Shown here one piece after another: positions 18,243 through 28,343 of a stretch of DNA of 64,000 bases. A model generated the notes under the pieces. The model saw only the letters and a program-made list of their open reading frames with translations. It was not told the DNA's origin and made no database searches. The stretch comes from Candidatus Pelearchaeum maunauluense. GTDB taxonomy: Archaea; Thermoproteota; Nitrososphaeria_A; Caldarchaeales; Caldarchaeaceae. The stretch spans positions 128,001-192,000 of the forward strand of contig JANVYQ010000003.1 in NCBI GenBank assembly GCA_030059675.1, read 5' to 3'. The position numbers and the translations under genes are program-made. Positions within the stretch are counted from its first letter, which is position 1, and every line of letters starts with the position of its first letter.

Positions 18243-19545
18243 GGAGTATCAATCCAAAACGATGAACTCTAAACGGTTGTATGAGAGGGCGCGGCGCTAT
18301 CTCCCAGGAGGAGTTACGTACGCTGTTAAGTATTGGGAGCCGTATCCGGTGTATGCTAAGAAGGCTAAGGGGAGTAGGATATGGGATGTTGATGGTAACG
18401 AGTATGTTGATTTTTGGATGGGGCACTTCGCTATAATAATGGGCCATGCCTATGGGCCTGTTTTAGACGCCGCGCGTGAGCAGATAGAGCTTGGCGCGCA
18501 TCTGGGGTATTGTCACGAGTGGGAGATTGAGCATGCGCGGATTATTTCTGAGATGTCTCCCTGCGTTGAGCTCTTCAGAGCTACGAATAGTGGGACAGAA
18601 GCCAACATGTATGCCGTACGTTTAGCGCGAGCTTACACCAAGCGTAGCAAGATTGGGAAGTTTGAGGGAAACTGGCATGGCGGGTATGATGCGCTTCATA
18701 AGGCTGTCAACCCTCCACTTGATAAGCCGCCCTCACTTGGGTTGACCGAAAGTACGCTGAACGACACTATAGCTCTGCCGTATAATGATATTGATGGTGT
18801 GAGGAGGATAGCCAAGAAGGAGTCGTTGGCGTGTATTGTTATTGAGCCTATAATGGGTGCTGGAGGATTCATACCTGCGGAGAGAGAGTTTCTAAGGGGC
18901 TTACGCGAGCTGTGTGATGATGAGGGAATACTGCTAATCTTTGATGAAGTTATAACAGGCTTTAGACTCGCGCGGGGAGGTGCGCAAGAATACTATGGGG
19001 TTATTCCAGACTTGGCGGTTTTTGGCAAGACGATAGGCGGTGGGGTCTTTCCTGCTGGAGGGTTTGGCGGTAGAGCGGAGATAATGGAGCTGCTAGACCA
19101 TACTAAGGGAAGAAAACCCTATGAGAATGTTTTCCATGGAGGAACATACGCGGGGAATCCCCTCTCAACCAGAGCTGGCTATGTGGTGCTATCGGAGCTC
19201 AAGAAGGGTGAGGTTTATCCGAAGATAGACGGGCTGGGAGAGAAAGCCCGTTCAGGCCTTAGGGAAATCTTCGCGAGATACGGAATAACAGCCCACGTAA
19301 CTGGGGTTGGCTCAGTCTTTGGAATACACTTCACACAAGAGAAACCACGCGACATTAGGACAGCTACACAAACTAGGGATGTGGAACGCTGTAAACGCTT
19401 CTTCCGACATCTTATATCAAACGGAATACTGTTCCTAAAGCCCGACAAGCCTGTCTTCTCCATCTCAGCCGCGCACTCCGACGAAGATATAGAGAAGCTT
19501 CTAAGCCTTGTTGAGGATTTCGCCAGAAGAGAGGCTAAACAATGA
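18208..19545 (+). CDS. Glutamate-1-semialdehyde aminomutase-like class III aminotransferase
   Basis: LPGGV, DVDGNEYVD, NSGTEA, FEGNWHG, DEVITGFR, FGK and GGTYAGNP motifs; likely start is the GTG near 18235. Confidence 0.9.
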   Translation: MDARRVGLVVAEEYQSKTMNSKRLYERARRYLPGGVTYAVKYWEPYPVYAKKAKGSRIWDVDGNEYVDFWMGHFAIIMGHAYGPVLDAAREQIELGAHLGYCHEWEIEHARIISEMSPCVELFRATNSGTEANMYAVRLARAYTKRSKIGKFEGNWHGGYDALHKAVNPPLDKPPSLGLTESTLNDTIALPYNDIDGVRRIAKKESLACIVIEPIMGAGGFIPAEREFLRGLRELCDDEGILLIFDEVITGFRLARGGAQEYYGVIPDLAVFGKTIGGGVFPAGGFGGRAEIMELLDHTKGRKPYENVFHGGTYAGNPLSTRAGYVVLSELKKGEVYPKIDGLGEKARSGLREIFARYGITAHVTGVGSVFGIHFTQEKPRDIRTATQTRDVERCKRFFRHLISNGILFLKPDKPVFSISAAHSDEDIEKLLSLVEDFARREAKQ

Positions 19546-19593
19546 AAGGTATCATGTATTAATTGATGATGTAAGAGTATCTCTAGTCGGTTC

Positions 19594-20964
19594 ATGAGGG
19601 TGAAGCTAGCCGCGACCATAGGGCCAGCCTCGGCGTCTGATGAGGTTGTGGAGAAGCTAATTTTAGAGGGCTGCCGTATCTTTAGGATAAACTTCAGCCA
19701 TGGTAGCCCTGAGCTTTGGCGTGGCTGGGCTAGGAGAATCCGTGAGATAGCAGGTAGGTTGGGTATTGAGGTGGCGTTGCTCGGAGACCTTAAAGGCCCC
19801 TCTATAAGGCTTGGTGTTCTTCCGAAGCCGATACGCCTAACCGCGGGTGAGGAGGTGAGTTTTGCGAGAAACCCGCAGAATGAGCGTGAAATCCCGCTAC
19901 CAGAGCAGCGTGTCTTCCAGCAACTAGCCGCTGGAGACATGATAGTAACCGACGACGGCTGCGCTCTGCTACAGGTTCTTGAAGTTAAGGAAGATAGTGC
20001 CCGCGTAAGGGCTCTTACCGAGCTTGTGCTCTCCTCCCGTAAATCCATAGTAATACGTGGGAAGGAATTCCCAGTAGAGGAGCTATCCAGCGAGGATGTT
20101 GAAGCCCTGAAAATAGCTGTTGAGGAGGATTTTGACCTGCTCGGCATGAGCTTCGTGAGTAGAGCACGCGACCTGACCCTCATGCGGGAGAAGATTAACG
20201 AGCTCGGCGGTGAGCTTGAGATTATAGCCAAGATAGAGACCCCCTCTGCCGTCGCTAACATAAGCGAGATAGTAAATGCCGCAGACGCCGTGCTAATAGC
20301 GCGTGGAGACTTGGGAATGTATTTCTCACTTGAGGAGGTTCCGAAGCTACAGAACAAGATAACACAGGCTAGTTTAGCTGTTGGGAAGCCTGTTATGGTT
20401 GCGACTCAGCTACTGGGCTCTATGGTTAACGCGCCAGTTCCAACTAGGAGTGAGGTTGTTGATGTGGTGAATAGCGTTAGGGAGGGCGTTGATGTTCTAT
20501 TATTAACGGGCGAGACTGCCGTAGGAAAGTATCCTGTTGAGGCTATACGGTGGCTTCGTAGGATTGTGGAGGGCTATGAAAGTGAGGTGGCTAGGCAGGA
20601 GTATAAGTTGGATAGTGTGCTGGGTGATAGGTTCGCGATGGGTGTTGTATCCCTTGCCGAAAGCCTAGACGCGACACTCGCGGTATATACAAAGTCTGGA
20701 AGCATGGCGCGTAGAATCTCACGCTTCAGACCAAAAACACGCGTATATGCAGCTACTCCCTCAAAGAAGGCTCTACGCAAGCTAAACATTCTATGGGGAA
20801 TACAGCCAATACCCGTTGATTCTCAGGAATACGGAGACGGACTTAACGAGCTTGAGGACAAGCTTGTTAAGCTGGGCTTAGTAAGTAAGGGCGAGACGCT
20901 GGTTCTTACGTATGGTCTTATAGATGAGCCATTTCACATAGTTAAAATTATACAGATAGCATGA
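19594..20964 (+). CDS. pyk: Pyruvate kinase
   Basis: ATIGPAS, RINFSHG, DLKGP, IAKIE, ARGDLG, ATQ and GETAVGKYP motifs. Confidence 0.96.
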   Translation: MRVKLAATIGPASASDEVVEKLILEGCRIFRINFSHGSPELWRGWARRIREIAGRLGIEVALLGDLKGPSIRLGVLPKPIRLTAGEEVSFARNPQNEREIPLPEQRVFQQLAAGDMIVTDDGCALLQVLEVKEDSARVRALTELVLSSRKSIVIRGKEFPVEELSSEDVEALKIAVEEDFDLLGMSFVSRARDLTLMREKINELGGELEIIAKIETPSAVANISEIVNAADAVLIARGDLGMYFSLEEVPKLQNKITQASLAVGKPVMVATQLLGSMVNAPVPTRSEVVDVVNSVREGVDVLLLTGETAVGKYPVEAIRWLRRIVEGYESEVARQEYKLDSVLGDRFAMGVVSLAESLDATLAVYTKSGSMARRISRFRPKTRVYAATPSKKALRKLNILWGIQPIPVDSQEYGDGLNELEDKLVKLGLVSKGETLVLTYGLIDEPFHIVKIIQIA

Positions 20965-20966
20965 GA

Positions 20967-22429
20967 TGAATCTGGTTGGCTAGTCGAGCTGAGAGAAAAA
21001 CTAGAGGGAGGCCATCGCGGGTATTAGCGGTATTAATCCTAGCTTAGCTCTTCGCATTCTCCTTCCTAATCTATCTAATAATCATTGGACCATCTGCTCA
21101 ACGTTCAGAGATGTTTGTAATAAGTGGGCCAATAATGGGCTTCAGCCCATACGTTGTGGAGTATGAGCTCCCCATACCTAACTCTGGGCCTATGGGTATA
21201 GTGGTTGATGATAGGGGAGTAGTGTGGGTAGCTGCTGCTAACGCTACTTCTCTCATAAGCTTTGACCCTGTGGAGAATGTTTTTAGACGCTATAAGATAC
21301 CCATGAACCAGACTGGGACAATAATTGGATGATTGACATAGACCCTAGCGGTAGGCTCTGGTTTCCCAGCACCTCTGATAATTCCGTCCGGAGCTTTGAG
21401 CCCAGAAGTGGAGAATTTACGCGCTATGAGCTTCCTTCACGCAACGCTTTTCCGCTACAACTGGATATAGATGACGCTGGGCGCGTGTGGGTTGCTGAGT
21501 TATCTAGCGGTAAGATAGCCGTGATAGAGCCTGAGGATGGCCTGATAAAGGAGTATACCTTACCCAAGCATGGTGAAGGCGCATTAACACCTGCGCCTGT
21601 CTCAATAGTGGTTGATAAGGATGGCGTGGTTTTGGGTTTCTGAAAGAGCTTTAGGCAGATTGTTTAAGTTTTACCCAGATGAAAAACGGTTTGAAGAGAT
21701 TCAGCTCCCAGAGACTATCTTCACGCCAGTGAGCTTGGGAATAGCGCCTGATGGCTCGTTGTGGTTTACGGATTTTGAAGAGCTTATGGGAAGCGTATTC
21801 ATACAGTTTGACCCATCAAGCGGCCAGTTGAAGAGGTTCTCCACATATCCCAAGAATGGAAATCCATCGCTCCCGCTCTCACTCTCTATAGATGATGTTG
21901 GAAATGTTTGGATTCTGGAACAGGCTGGGAATAGAATCGCAAAATTCAGCCCCCGCCTCAACACGCTGCTTGAGTACGAGCTTCCGAGAGGAAGATTAAC
22001 CTCATCACTCAACATAATACAGTTCATAGTAGCGCGGGATGGACGCGTGTGGTTTACGGAGTACTCGGAGAATAAGATAGGGTTTATAGATGCCCTAAAG
22101 ACTATCCCATTCAGCGTCTCATTATCACAGAACTATGTGAAGACCAAGCCAGGAAGCGTGGTTAAGGTTGATGTGTTTATAATAGGCAAGCCGAAGACAT
22201 CCGTACACTTCATGGTTTCTGGAACCCTCTCACCGTTGGGTAGGATAATAAATGCCACAACAAGCTTTTCCCCAGCGTCATAATAGAGAAATACACACAA
22301 ATAACAACGCTCACCATAGCTCTCCACGATAACATTAAACCAGGAAACTACACCCTAACAGTAGGAGCATCAGACGGGCAAGTCATTAGCTCGGCTATAC
22401 TATACCTAGAAATAAAGAACCGGAGCTGA
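20967..22429 (+). pseudogene. Vgb (virginiamycin B lyase-like) beta-propeller protein with Ig-like tail, multiply frameshifted
   Basis: Repeated blades (DxxGxVW...) spread over ORFs 21111-21332, 21329-21643 and 21612-22283; a fourth frame continues ...IKPGNYTLTVGASDG...EIKNRS* to 22429; degraded 5' end, so the start is approximate. Confidence 0.8.
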
Positions 22430-22433
22430 ACGA

Positions 22434-22505
22434 AGCCCCGGGCGGGATTTGAACCCGCGGCCGCCGGCTTACGAGGCCGGCGCTCTACCGCTAAGCTACC
22501 GGGGC
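22434..22505 (-). tRNA. tRNA-Thr(CGU)
   Basis: GCCCCGG acceptor stem, CCGGC-CT-CGT-AA-GCCGG anticodon arm, GTTCAAATC T loop. Confidence 0.96.
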
Positions 22506-22585
22506 TGCTGCACAACTATGGTAATGGGGATATAATAGAGTTTTGCCTCACAAACATAAATTCCGCTTCACTGTTATCAGGTTGT

Positions 22586-23761
22586 ATGAGTGAAGAGCTC
22601 CCCGCTGTGGGGGAAATTCTCATCCGCGAGTTTGAGAGCATTAATGTGGACGATACTCTTACTAAGGTTGCTGGGATTTTCTCGGAGAAGGATACGCCTA
22701 TAGTCGTGGTTCTTGACGGTAGCAGTGAAGGGCGTGTTTATGGGATTTTGACGGAGAGGATACTGTTACGTCCGCATATAAACATGGCGGAAGCTAAGGC
22801 CAAGTCATTCGCGATAAAAGCGCCTAAGCTTACGTCATCCTCAAGCATAACTGAAGCGGCGCGCCTAATGCTTGAGAACAACCTAAAAGCGCTACCAGTA
22901 ATGGAGGATGGAAAACCAATAGGCATAGTTACTGTGGATAAGATAGCAGAAGCAGCTCGGTCTGTTCTCCAGAAGACTCTGGTGAGAGATGTTATGACGA
23001 AGAACCCTGTTACCGTGAAGGCTAACGATACTATAGGTAAGGCTATATCGTTGATGCGTGAGATGGGTATATCGCGCCTGCCTGTTGTTGAGCGGGGAGC
23101 GCTCCGCGGCATAGTAACTGTTCATGATATAGTTGAGAAGGTTATCAAGCCCCGCGAGCGTGCCACCAGAGGGGAGACTGTAGGCGAGAAGGCCAGAACT
23201 CTAAGCAACAAGGTCTCGGAGATAATGTCAAAGCCTGTCATAACAGCGTCGCCGCGCGAGCCTGTTATAAAAGCGCTGCAAAAGATGAGCCGCAACGACG
23301 TCTCCTGTCTTGTCGTAGTTGATAACGGCTCCGTGGAGGGAATAATAACAATGATGGATGTGCTTGAGCCGATAGCGCGGCTAGCAACAAGACAGGAGCA
23401 GGGAATATCCATACAAGTATCATACAAGATGGAGCATGTAGATTTTGATGATAAAGACAGGGTTATGGCTATAGCGGAGCGTTTCGTCAAGCGCTTTAAC
23501 GAGTCGCTGGGAAATGGTTTCCTAACGCTATACTTCAAGGAGCATAAGGAGAAGCATGGTGATATGCATCTAATACACTGTAGAGCACGTCTTAAGACGG
23601 ATAAGTATCAATTTGTTGGAACTGGAGAAGCCTGGCGCGCAGACTTTGCTGCGAGATCTGCTTTGGAGCGTATAGAGAGGCAGTTCCTACTCTCGCGCAA
23701 GCTTGCCTCAAAATACCCATACGCTGACGAGCTGCTGGAGCGGCTGGCAGAATCATACTAG
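22586..23761 (+). CDS. Four CBS domains plus a C-terminal HPF/RaiA-like domain
   Basis: Two CBS pairs (ALPV, RLPVV, GIVTVHD); C-terminal ~110 aa ending GEAWRADFAARSALERIERQ. Confidence 0.8.
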   Translation: MSEELPAVGEILIREFESINVDDTLTKVAGIFSEKDTPIVVVLDGSSEGRVYGILTERILLRPHINMAEAKAKSFAIKAPKLTSSSSITEAARLMLENNLKALPVMEDGKPIGIVTVDKIAEAARSVLQKTLVRDVMTKNPVTVKANDTIGKAISLMREMGISRLPVVERGALRGIVTVHDIVEKVIKPRERATRGETVGEKARTLSNKVSEIMSKPVITASPREPVIKALQKMSRNDVSCLVVVDNGSVEGIITMMDVLEPIARLATRQEQGISIQVSYKMEHVDFDDKDRVMAIAERFVKRFNESLGNGFLTLYFKEHKEKHGDMHLIHCRARLKTDKYQFVGTGEAWRADFAARSALERIERQFLLSRKLASKYPYADELLERLAESY

Positions 23762-23931
23762 TCGCTAGACTCCCTAGATAATCTCTCATACTCCTCAACG
23801 CTCATTTCAATTATGAAAGGCCCAACATAGCCGCAGCCGCCGCACCTATACAGCATACCCAGAAAACCGCCCAGATGAAGGCTTAGATTCACGCCCTTAC
23901 ACTGGGGGCATACCTGAAGCTTACCACCCAT
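23758..23931 (-). CDS. Small zinc-ribbon protein
   Basis: MGGKLQVCPQCKG...YRCGGCGYVG; the longer ORF-track version is an artefact of reading through the tRNA. Confidence 0.75.
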   Translation of the reverse strand: MGGKLQVCPQCKGVNLSLHLGGFLGMLYRCGGCGYVGPFIIEMSVEEYERLSRESSD

Positions 23932-23977
23932 CCAACAACCCACAAACACGACTCCTGATATATAGTTTATTGATACG

Positions 23978-24098
23978 CGGGCCCGGTGGGACTTGAACCC
24001 ACGACCTCCGGCTGTCTTCCCACCTTTTTCTCTGCCTAGGAGGCCCGAAGGCTTGCGCATGCCCTTCGGCGCCCTCGTCCATTCTAGGCTACGGGCCC
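23978..24098 (-). tRNA. tRNA-Arg(UCG) with two introns (29/30: 24053-24066; 37/38: 24014-24044)
   Basis: Removing both inserts gives CCGGC-CT-TCG-GA-GCCGG; both have perfect BHB central helices (GCGC/GCGC and CTTC/GAAG) with 3-nt bulges. Confidence 0.9.
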
Positions 24099-24204
24099 CT
24101 TGGTTTCTATCTAGAACGAGCATAAAAGCATATGATATGAAGGTGTTACGTGGGCATATCGCTGATAGTTCTCCCAGTGTCTTCGGCCAGCAAGCCTTTT
24201 AGAG

Positions 24205-24774
24205 GTGTGTATAGCGTTTTGCCGTGTGCTTAATAAGCGTGGGAGGAGTCTGGAGAGGCGTCTTGACGAGGTTGTAGCCCAGCTCAAGATACATAACGAT
24301 AAACTAAGTGCGCGCACAAGCTACATGTCATCGCGAGCGCGCAGCCTGTTTGAGCTCTCGCTAAGAGCCAAGGAAGAAAAGGATGAAGAACGCGCCATGC
24401 TCTACGCGAAGGAGCTCAGCGAGCTTAAACGCGTGCTATACACCATGCTAAGAAGCCAGGCATCACTGGAGGGAATAATCCTACATCTAGAAACCGTGAG
24501 GGACCTCAATTCTGTCAGGAAATCCGTGAAACCAATACATGAAGTTCTGAGCCGGGTTCAGGAAGACGTTAAGGGAGCGGTTCCAGAAGTTGCCCACGAG
24601 CTCCTAAAAACACACTTGATACTTGATGATATTATGATTGAGATAGGCGTCTCATCAGACAGTAGCTACTCATACACCGCCGTTGATCACGATGCACAAG
24701 AAATACTCAATAAAGCCAGCGAAATAGCTGCGCAGCGCATGAAGAAGATTATGCCAAATGTTTCAAACGAGTAA
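24205..24774 (+). CDS. ESCRT-III/Snf7 family protein (CdvB paralogue)
   Basis: SLFE...AKEEKDEERAMLYAKELSELK...LEGIILHLETV...PEVAHEL...AQEILNKA pattern of the CdvB core; start may be a few codons later. Confidence 0.82.
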   Translation: MCIAFCRVLNKRGRSLERRLDEVVAQLKIHNDKLSARTSYMSSRARSLFELSLRAKEEKDEERAMLYAKELSELKRVLYTMLRSQASLEGIILHLETVRDLNSVRKSVKPIHEVLSRVQEDVKGAVPEVAHELLKTHLILDDIMIEIGVSSDSSYSYTAVDHDAQEILNKASEIAAQRMKKIMPNVSNE

Positions 24775-24811
24775 AAATAATGTTTAATAAAACGACCTAC
24801 CATACATAATT

Positions 24812-25285
24812 ATGAGAGGAAAAATGTCCTTCTCGTCTTTTAAGAAGATTCTAGTTCCTGTTGATGGTTCTGAGTTTTCTGGAAAGGCTGTCCGTGTAGC
24901 TGTTGAGCTTGCTAAGCGATATGATGGAAGTATCACGCTTCTCCACGTGATTAGCGCTCCCAGCTCTTATCTGGTAGCAGTCCCAGCAGCGGGTGCTACC
25001 GTGGAGTTTGTCGAGGAATACTATGCTCAAGCAAAGAAGAGAGCCGAGGAGTGGATGGGTAAGTATGTGGCTGAGCTGGAGTCGCTGGGGGTAAAAGCCA
25101 GTAGCGTGGTGTTGGAAGGAGCTTCTTCAGTTGTAGAAGCAATAACAAACTACGCTGAGAACGAGAAGTTCGACCTAATAATTATTGGAACCAGGGGGCT
25201 CAGTGGGTTTAAACGCCTCCTAGTTGGGAGTGTTGCAAGCGGAGTAGTAAGCCACGCGCGCTGCTCCGTCCTGGTGGTAAAATAA
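24812..25285 (+). CDS. Universal stress protein (UspA family)
   Basis: KKILVPVDGS; DLIIIGTRGLSGFKRLLVGSVA. Confidence 0.95.
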   Translation: MRGKMSFSSFKKILVPVDGSEFSGKAVRVAVELAKRYDGSITLLHVISAPSSYLVAVPAAGATVEFVEEYYAQAKKRAEEWMGKYVAELESLGVKASSVVLEGASSVVEAITNYAENEKFDLIIIGTRGLSGFKRLLVGSVASGVVSHARCSVLVVK

Positions 25286-25364
25286 ACCAGCAATAATCCC
25301 CTCTCCTTATTTTTGATGAAGTAAAACTAGGACTTAAATATGTGCTAAAAGCACTTATAAAGCG

Positions 25365-28343
25365 TTGAGCAAAAACATCACCAAAGCCAGCATGGAAGAG
25401 TGGGTAAGTAAGGGTTTTGAGCTGGGCTCAAAGCAGAGGCTATCAAGCCCCCGCGAAATTGAAGTTAAATGGCTTAATAAGTGGAAAGCCGCCGCCATAT
25501 TTCAAGCAGAACCACAGAAAGACAAGCCAAAATTCTTCATATGCGTCCCGTACTCGTATCAGAATGGTCCTCTTCATCTAGGTCATGGATTCACATTCAC
25601 GCGCGGTGATGTGATAGCGCGCTTTAAGCGGATGCAAGGCTATAATGTCCTATTCCCCTGGTCATGGCACTGGACAGGAGAAGCAGTAGCAGGGACGAGT
25701 GAGCGCCTTAAGAGAGGCGACGAGTCAGTAATCAAGATGCTTAAAGAGATTGACGGCGTGCCAGAGGAGCTCATACCATTCTTCCAAGAACCCGCCTTCA
25801 TCTGCTCATACTACACAGCGGAAAACCGCCAGGTAGTAGATTTGATGGGATGGTCTGTTGATTGGCGGCGGGAATTCTACACAACAGACCTCCACCCATA
25901 CTATAGTAGGTTCATAACATGGCAGTATGAGGTGCTTAGGCGTAATGGGTATGTGATTAAGGGTAAGCATCCCGTCGTCTGGTGTCCATCATGCCAGAGC
26001 GCGACGGGAGACCATGACCGCCTCTCGGGAGAGGGCGTATTTCCCGAAGAATTCACGCTAGTCTTCTTTGATGCGGGGGATTTCAGACTGGCCGCAGCCA
26101 CGTTAAGGCCTGAGACGATATTCGGCGCTACTAACGTATGGATAAACCCTGAAGCGAAATACGTGGTTGTTAGATGGGATGGGAAGAAGGTTCTCATAAG
26201 CGATAAAGCCTACGAGAAGCTACGCGAGCAGAAGGGTGAAATCTCGCCAGTGGAGGAGTTGGAGGGGAGGAAGCTAATCGGAGCTAAGTGCAGGGTCCCG
26301 CTAACGGGTGCTGAGATACTCATACTCCCAGCCAGCTTCGTCGACCCAGCTATAGGAAGTGGCGTGGTGTATAGCGTCCCCGCACACGCTCCATACGACT
26401 ACGCCGCCCTCCGCGACCTCTGGAGAGCACCAGAGGGTCTGGCCCCCTATGGAATAGACGCCAAAGCCATCAGAGCTATAAAGCCCATCGCGATAATCGA
26501 GACTCCAGGCTTCGGCGAACTGCCAGCGGTAGAGGTTGTGGAGAAGCTGGGAATAATAGACCAGCGCGACGAGAAGCTGGGAGAAGCAACTAAAGAGGTG
26601 TATTCAAGAGAGTTTCACAGCGGAGTCTTGAAGGAGAACTGCGGCGATTACAAAGGGATGAGAGTAAGCGAGGCACGTGAAGCAGTGCGCCAGAAGCTAA
26701 TTAACATGGGAGAAGGCGACACGATGTATGACCTACCTGAAAAAGTAGTGTGCAGGTCTGGGGATGAATGTATAGTCAAGATAGTGGAAGACCAGTGGTT
26801 CTTAAACTACTCGCGCGGGGACTGGAAGGAGAGGGTCAGGAAAATAATAAAGGAAATGAACATATATCCAGAGGAGGCGCGGCAGTGGTTTCTAAACGTT
26901 GTCGACTGGCTACGCGACTGGGCATGCACTCGTAAAACTGGGCTTGGAACACCACTCCCCTGGGATAGGTCTTGGATAGTGGAGACGTTGAGCGACTCAA
27001 CTATATACCCAGCGCTATACACGATTAGCAAATACCTGAATAACGATCCAGTCTTACAAAGCAAGGTTAGTACCGAGATTTTGGATTATGTCTTTCTGGG
27101 TAGAGGGTCGGCGGAGGAGCTGGCGAGGAAGAGTGGGATTGACGCTGGGGTATTGAGAGCTATGCGCGACGAGTTTCTATACTGGTATCCAGTTGATATG
27201 CGCATATCAGCCAAAGAACTGGTCCCCAACCACCTAACATTCTATCTATTCCACCACTCAGCCATATTTGACGAGGAAAGATGGCCGCGGGGAATTGGCG
27301 TTAATGGCATGATCAGCATAGAAGGAATGAAGATGTCAAAGAGTAAGGGAAACATCATCCCCCTCAAGGTTGCGGTGGCAAGACATGGCGCGGACGTAAC
27401 GCGATGCACGCTCCTATTGGGCGCTGAGGACTTGGATGACCCAGACTGGTGGGAGAAGAATGCTATTGAGATTGGTAAAGATTTGCATAATATTCTCTCA
27501 CTTATGAGGGAGTCGGCCAACGCTCCGCGCGAAGCTCTAGACGCGGATTCATGGCTTCTCTCACGCCTCCAACTAAGGATAGCACGCATAACCCGGGCTT
27601 TAGAGAAACTAAAGACACGAACGGCATGCAACGAGGTAATCTACGGCATGCTTAATGACTTTAGATGGTATATGCGGCGTAATGGGGGACGCTTAGGCTC
27701 GGCCGCTAGAGTATATGCTGAGACTTGGGCAAGGCTCCTAGCACCCTTCGCACCCTACACTGCGGAGGAGGGATGGAGCATACTAGGCGGGGAGGGATAC
27801 GTCTCCCTAGCAGAGTGGCCCAAATACAGACCAGAGAACATAGACATACAGAAGCTACTGAAGGAGGAAATTATACGCGACCTGCGTGATGATATTTATG
27901 AGATAATAAAGGTTACGGAGAAGAAGCCCAGCAAGATAACGCTGTACGTTGCCGCTGAGTGGAAGAATAGGCTCGCGGCGTTGGTGATAGACGGTGATGG
28001 GATAAACCAGAGGAATAGGGGTCAGATTATCAAGAAGGCCGTCGTGGAAATCCCTGAAAGGAAGGGGGAAATTCCCACATTAGTGCCCAAGCTTGCCGAC
28101 GTGCTGAGAAGAGTTCAGGAATACTCAAACCAGATATGCAAAGAGATTGAAGTGGAATCCGATTCTAAATATATCTCAGCACTCCTACGCGAAGAACGCT
28201 CAATATGCATGGACGTTGCAGTACTGCTTGAGAATGAGCTTGGGGCTAAGACTATTGTAATACCTGAGGAGGAGGCGCGGGAAGACCCCATGGGCAAGGC
28301 TCGTAACGCTCTGCCATTCAGGCCTGGAATATATGTTGAGTGA
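25365..28343 (+). CDS. leuS: Leucine--tRNA ligase (archaeal type)
   Basis: HLGH, DHDR, TLRPET, VPAHAPYD, GLGTPLPWD and KMSKS motifs. Confidence 0.96.
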   Translation: MSKNITKASMEEWVSKGFELGSKQRLSSPREIEVKWLNKWKAAAIFQAEPQKDKPKFFICVPYSYQNGPLHLGHGFTFTRGDVIARFKRMQGYNVLFPWSWHWTGEAVAGTSERLKRGDESVIKMLKEIDGVPEELIPFFQEPAFICSYYTAENRQVVDLMGWSVDWRREFYTTDLHPYYSRFITWQYEVLRRNGYVIKGKHPVVWCPSCQSATGDHDRLSGEGVFPEEFTLVFFDAGDFRLAAATLRPETIFGATNVWINPEAKYVVVRWDGKKVLISDKAYEKLREQKGEISPVEELEGRKLIGAKCRVPLTGAEILILPASFVDPAIGSGVVYSVPAHAPYDYAALRDLWRAPEGLAPYGIDAKAIRAIKPIAIIETPGFGELPAVEVVEKLGIIDQRDEKLGEATKEVYSREFHSGVLKENCGDYKGMRVSEAREAVRQKLINMGEGDTMYDLPEKVVCRSGDECIVKIVEDQWFLNYSRGDWKERVRKIIKEMNIYPEEARQWFLNVVDWLRDWACTRKTGLGTPLPWDRSWIVETLSDSTIYPALYTISKYLNNDPVLQSKVSTEILDYVFLGRGSAEELARKSGIDAGVLRAMRDEFLYWYPVDMRISAKELVPNHLTFYLFHHSAIFDEERWPRGIGVNGMISIEGMKMSKSKGNIIPLKVAVARHGADVTRCTLLLGAEDLDDPDWWEKNAIEIGKDLHNILSLMRESANAPREALDADSWLLSRLQLRIARITRALEKLKTRTACNEVIYGMLNDFRWYMRRNGGRLGSAARVYAETWARLLAPFAPYTAEEGWSILGGEGYVSLAEWPKYRPENIDIQKLLKEEIIRDLRDDIYEIIKVTEKKPSKITLYVAAEWKNRLAALVIDGDGINQRNRGQIIKKAVVEIPERKGEIPTLVPKLADVLRRVQEYSNQICKEIEVESDSKYISALLREERSICMDVAVLLENELGAKTIVIPEEEAREDPMGKARNALPFRPGIYVE

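Noticed and set aside
19215-20357. 380-aa minus-strand ORF
   Set aside because: Antisense shadow of the aminotransferase and pyk genes; Ser-rich with no motifs
24037-24066. Reading the two-intron tRNA as Arg(CCU) with 22-nt and 23-nt introns
   Set aside because: That parse gives no BHB for the first intron and a mismatch in the second; the UCG parse gives two perfect motifs
23932-24123. N-terminal extension of the zinc-ribbon ORF
   Set aside because: It is translated tRNA-Arg sequence
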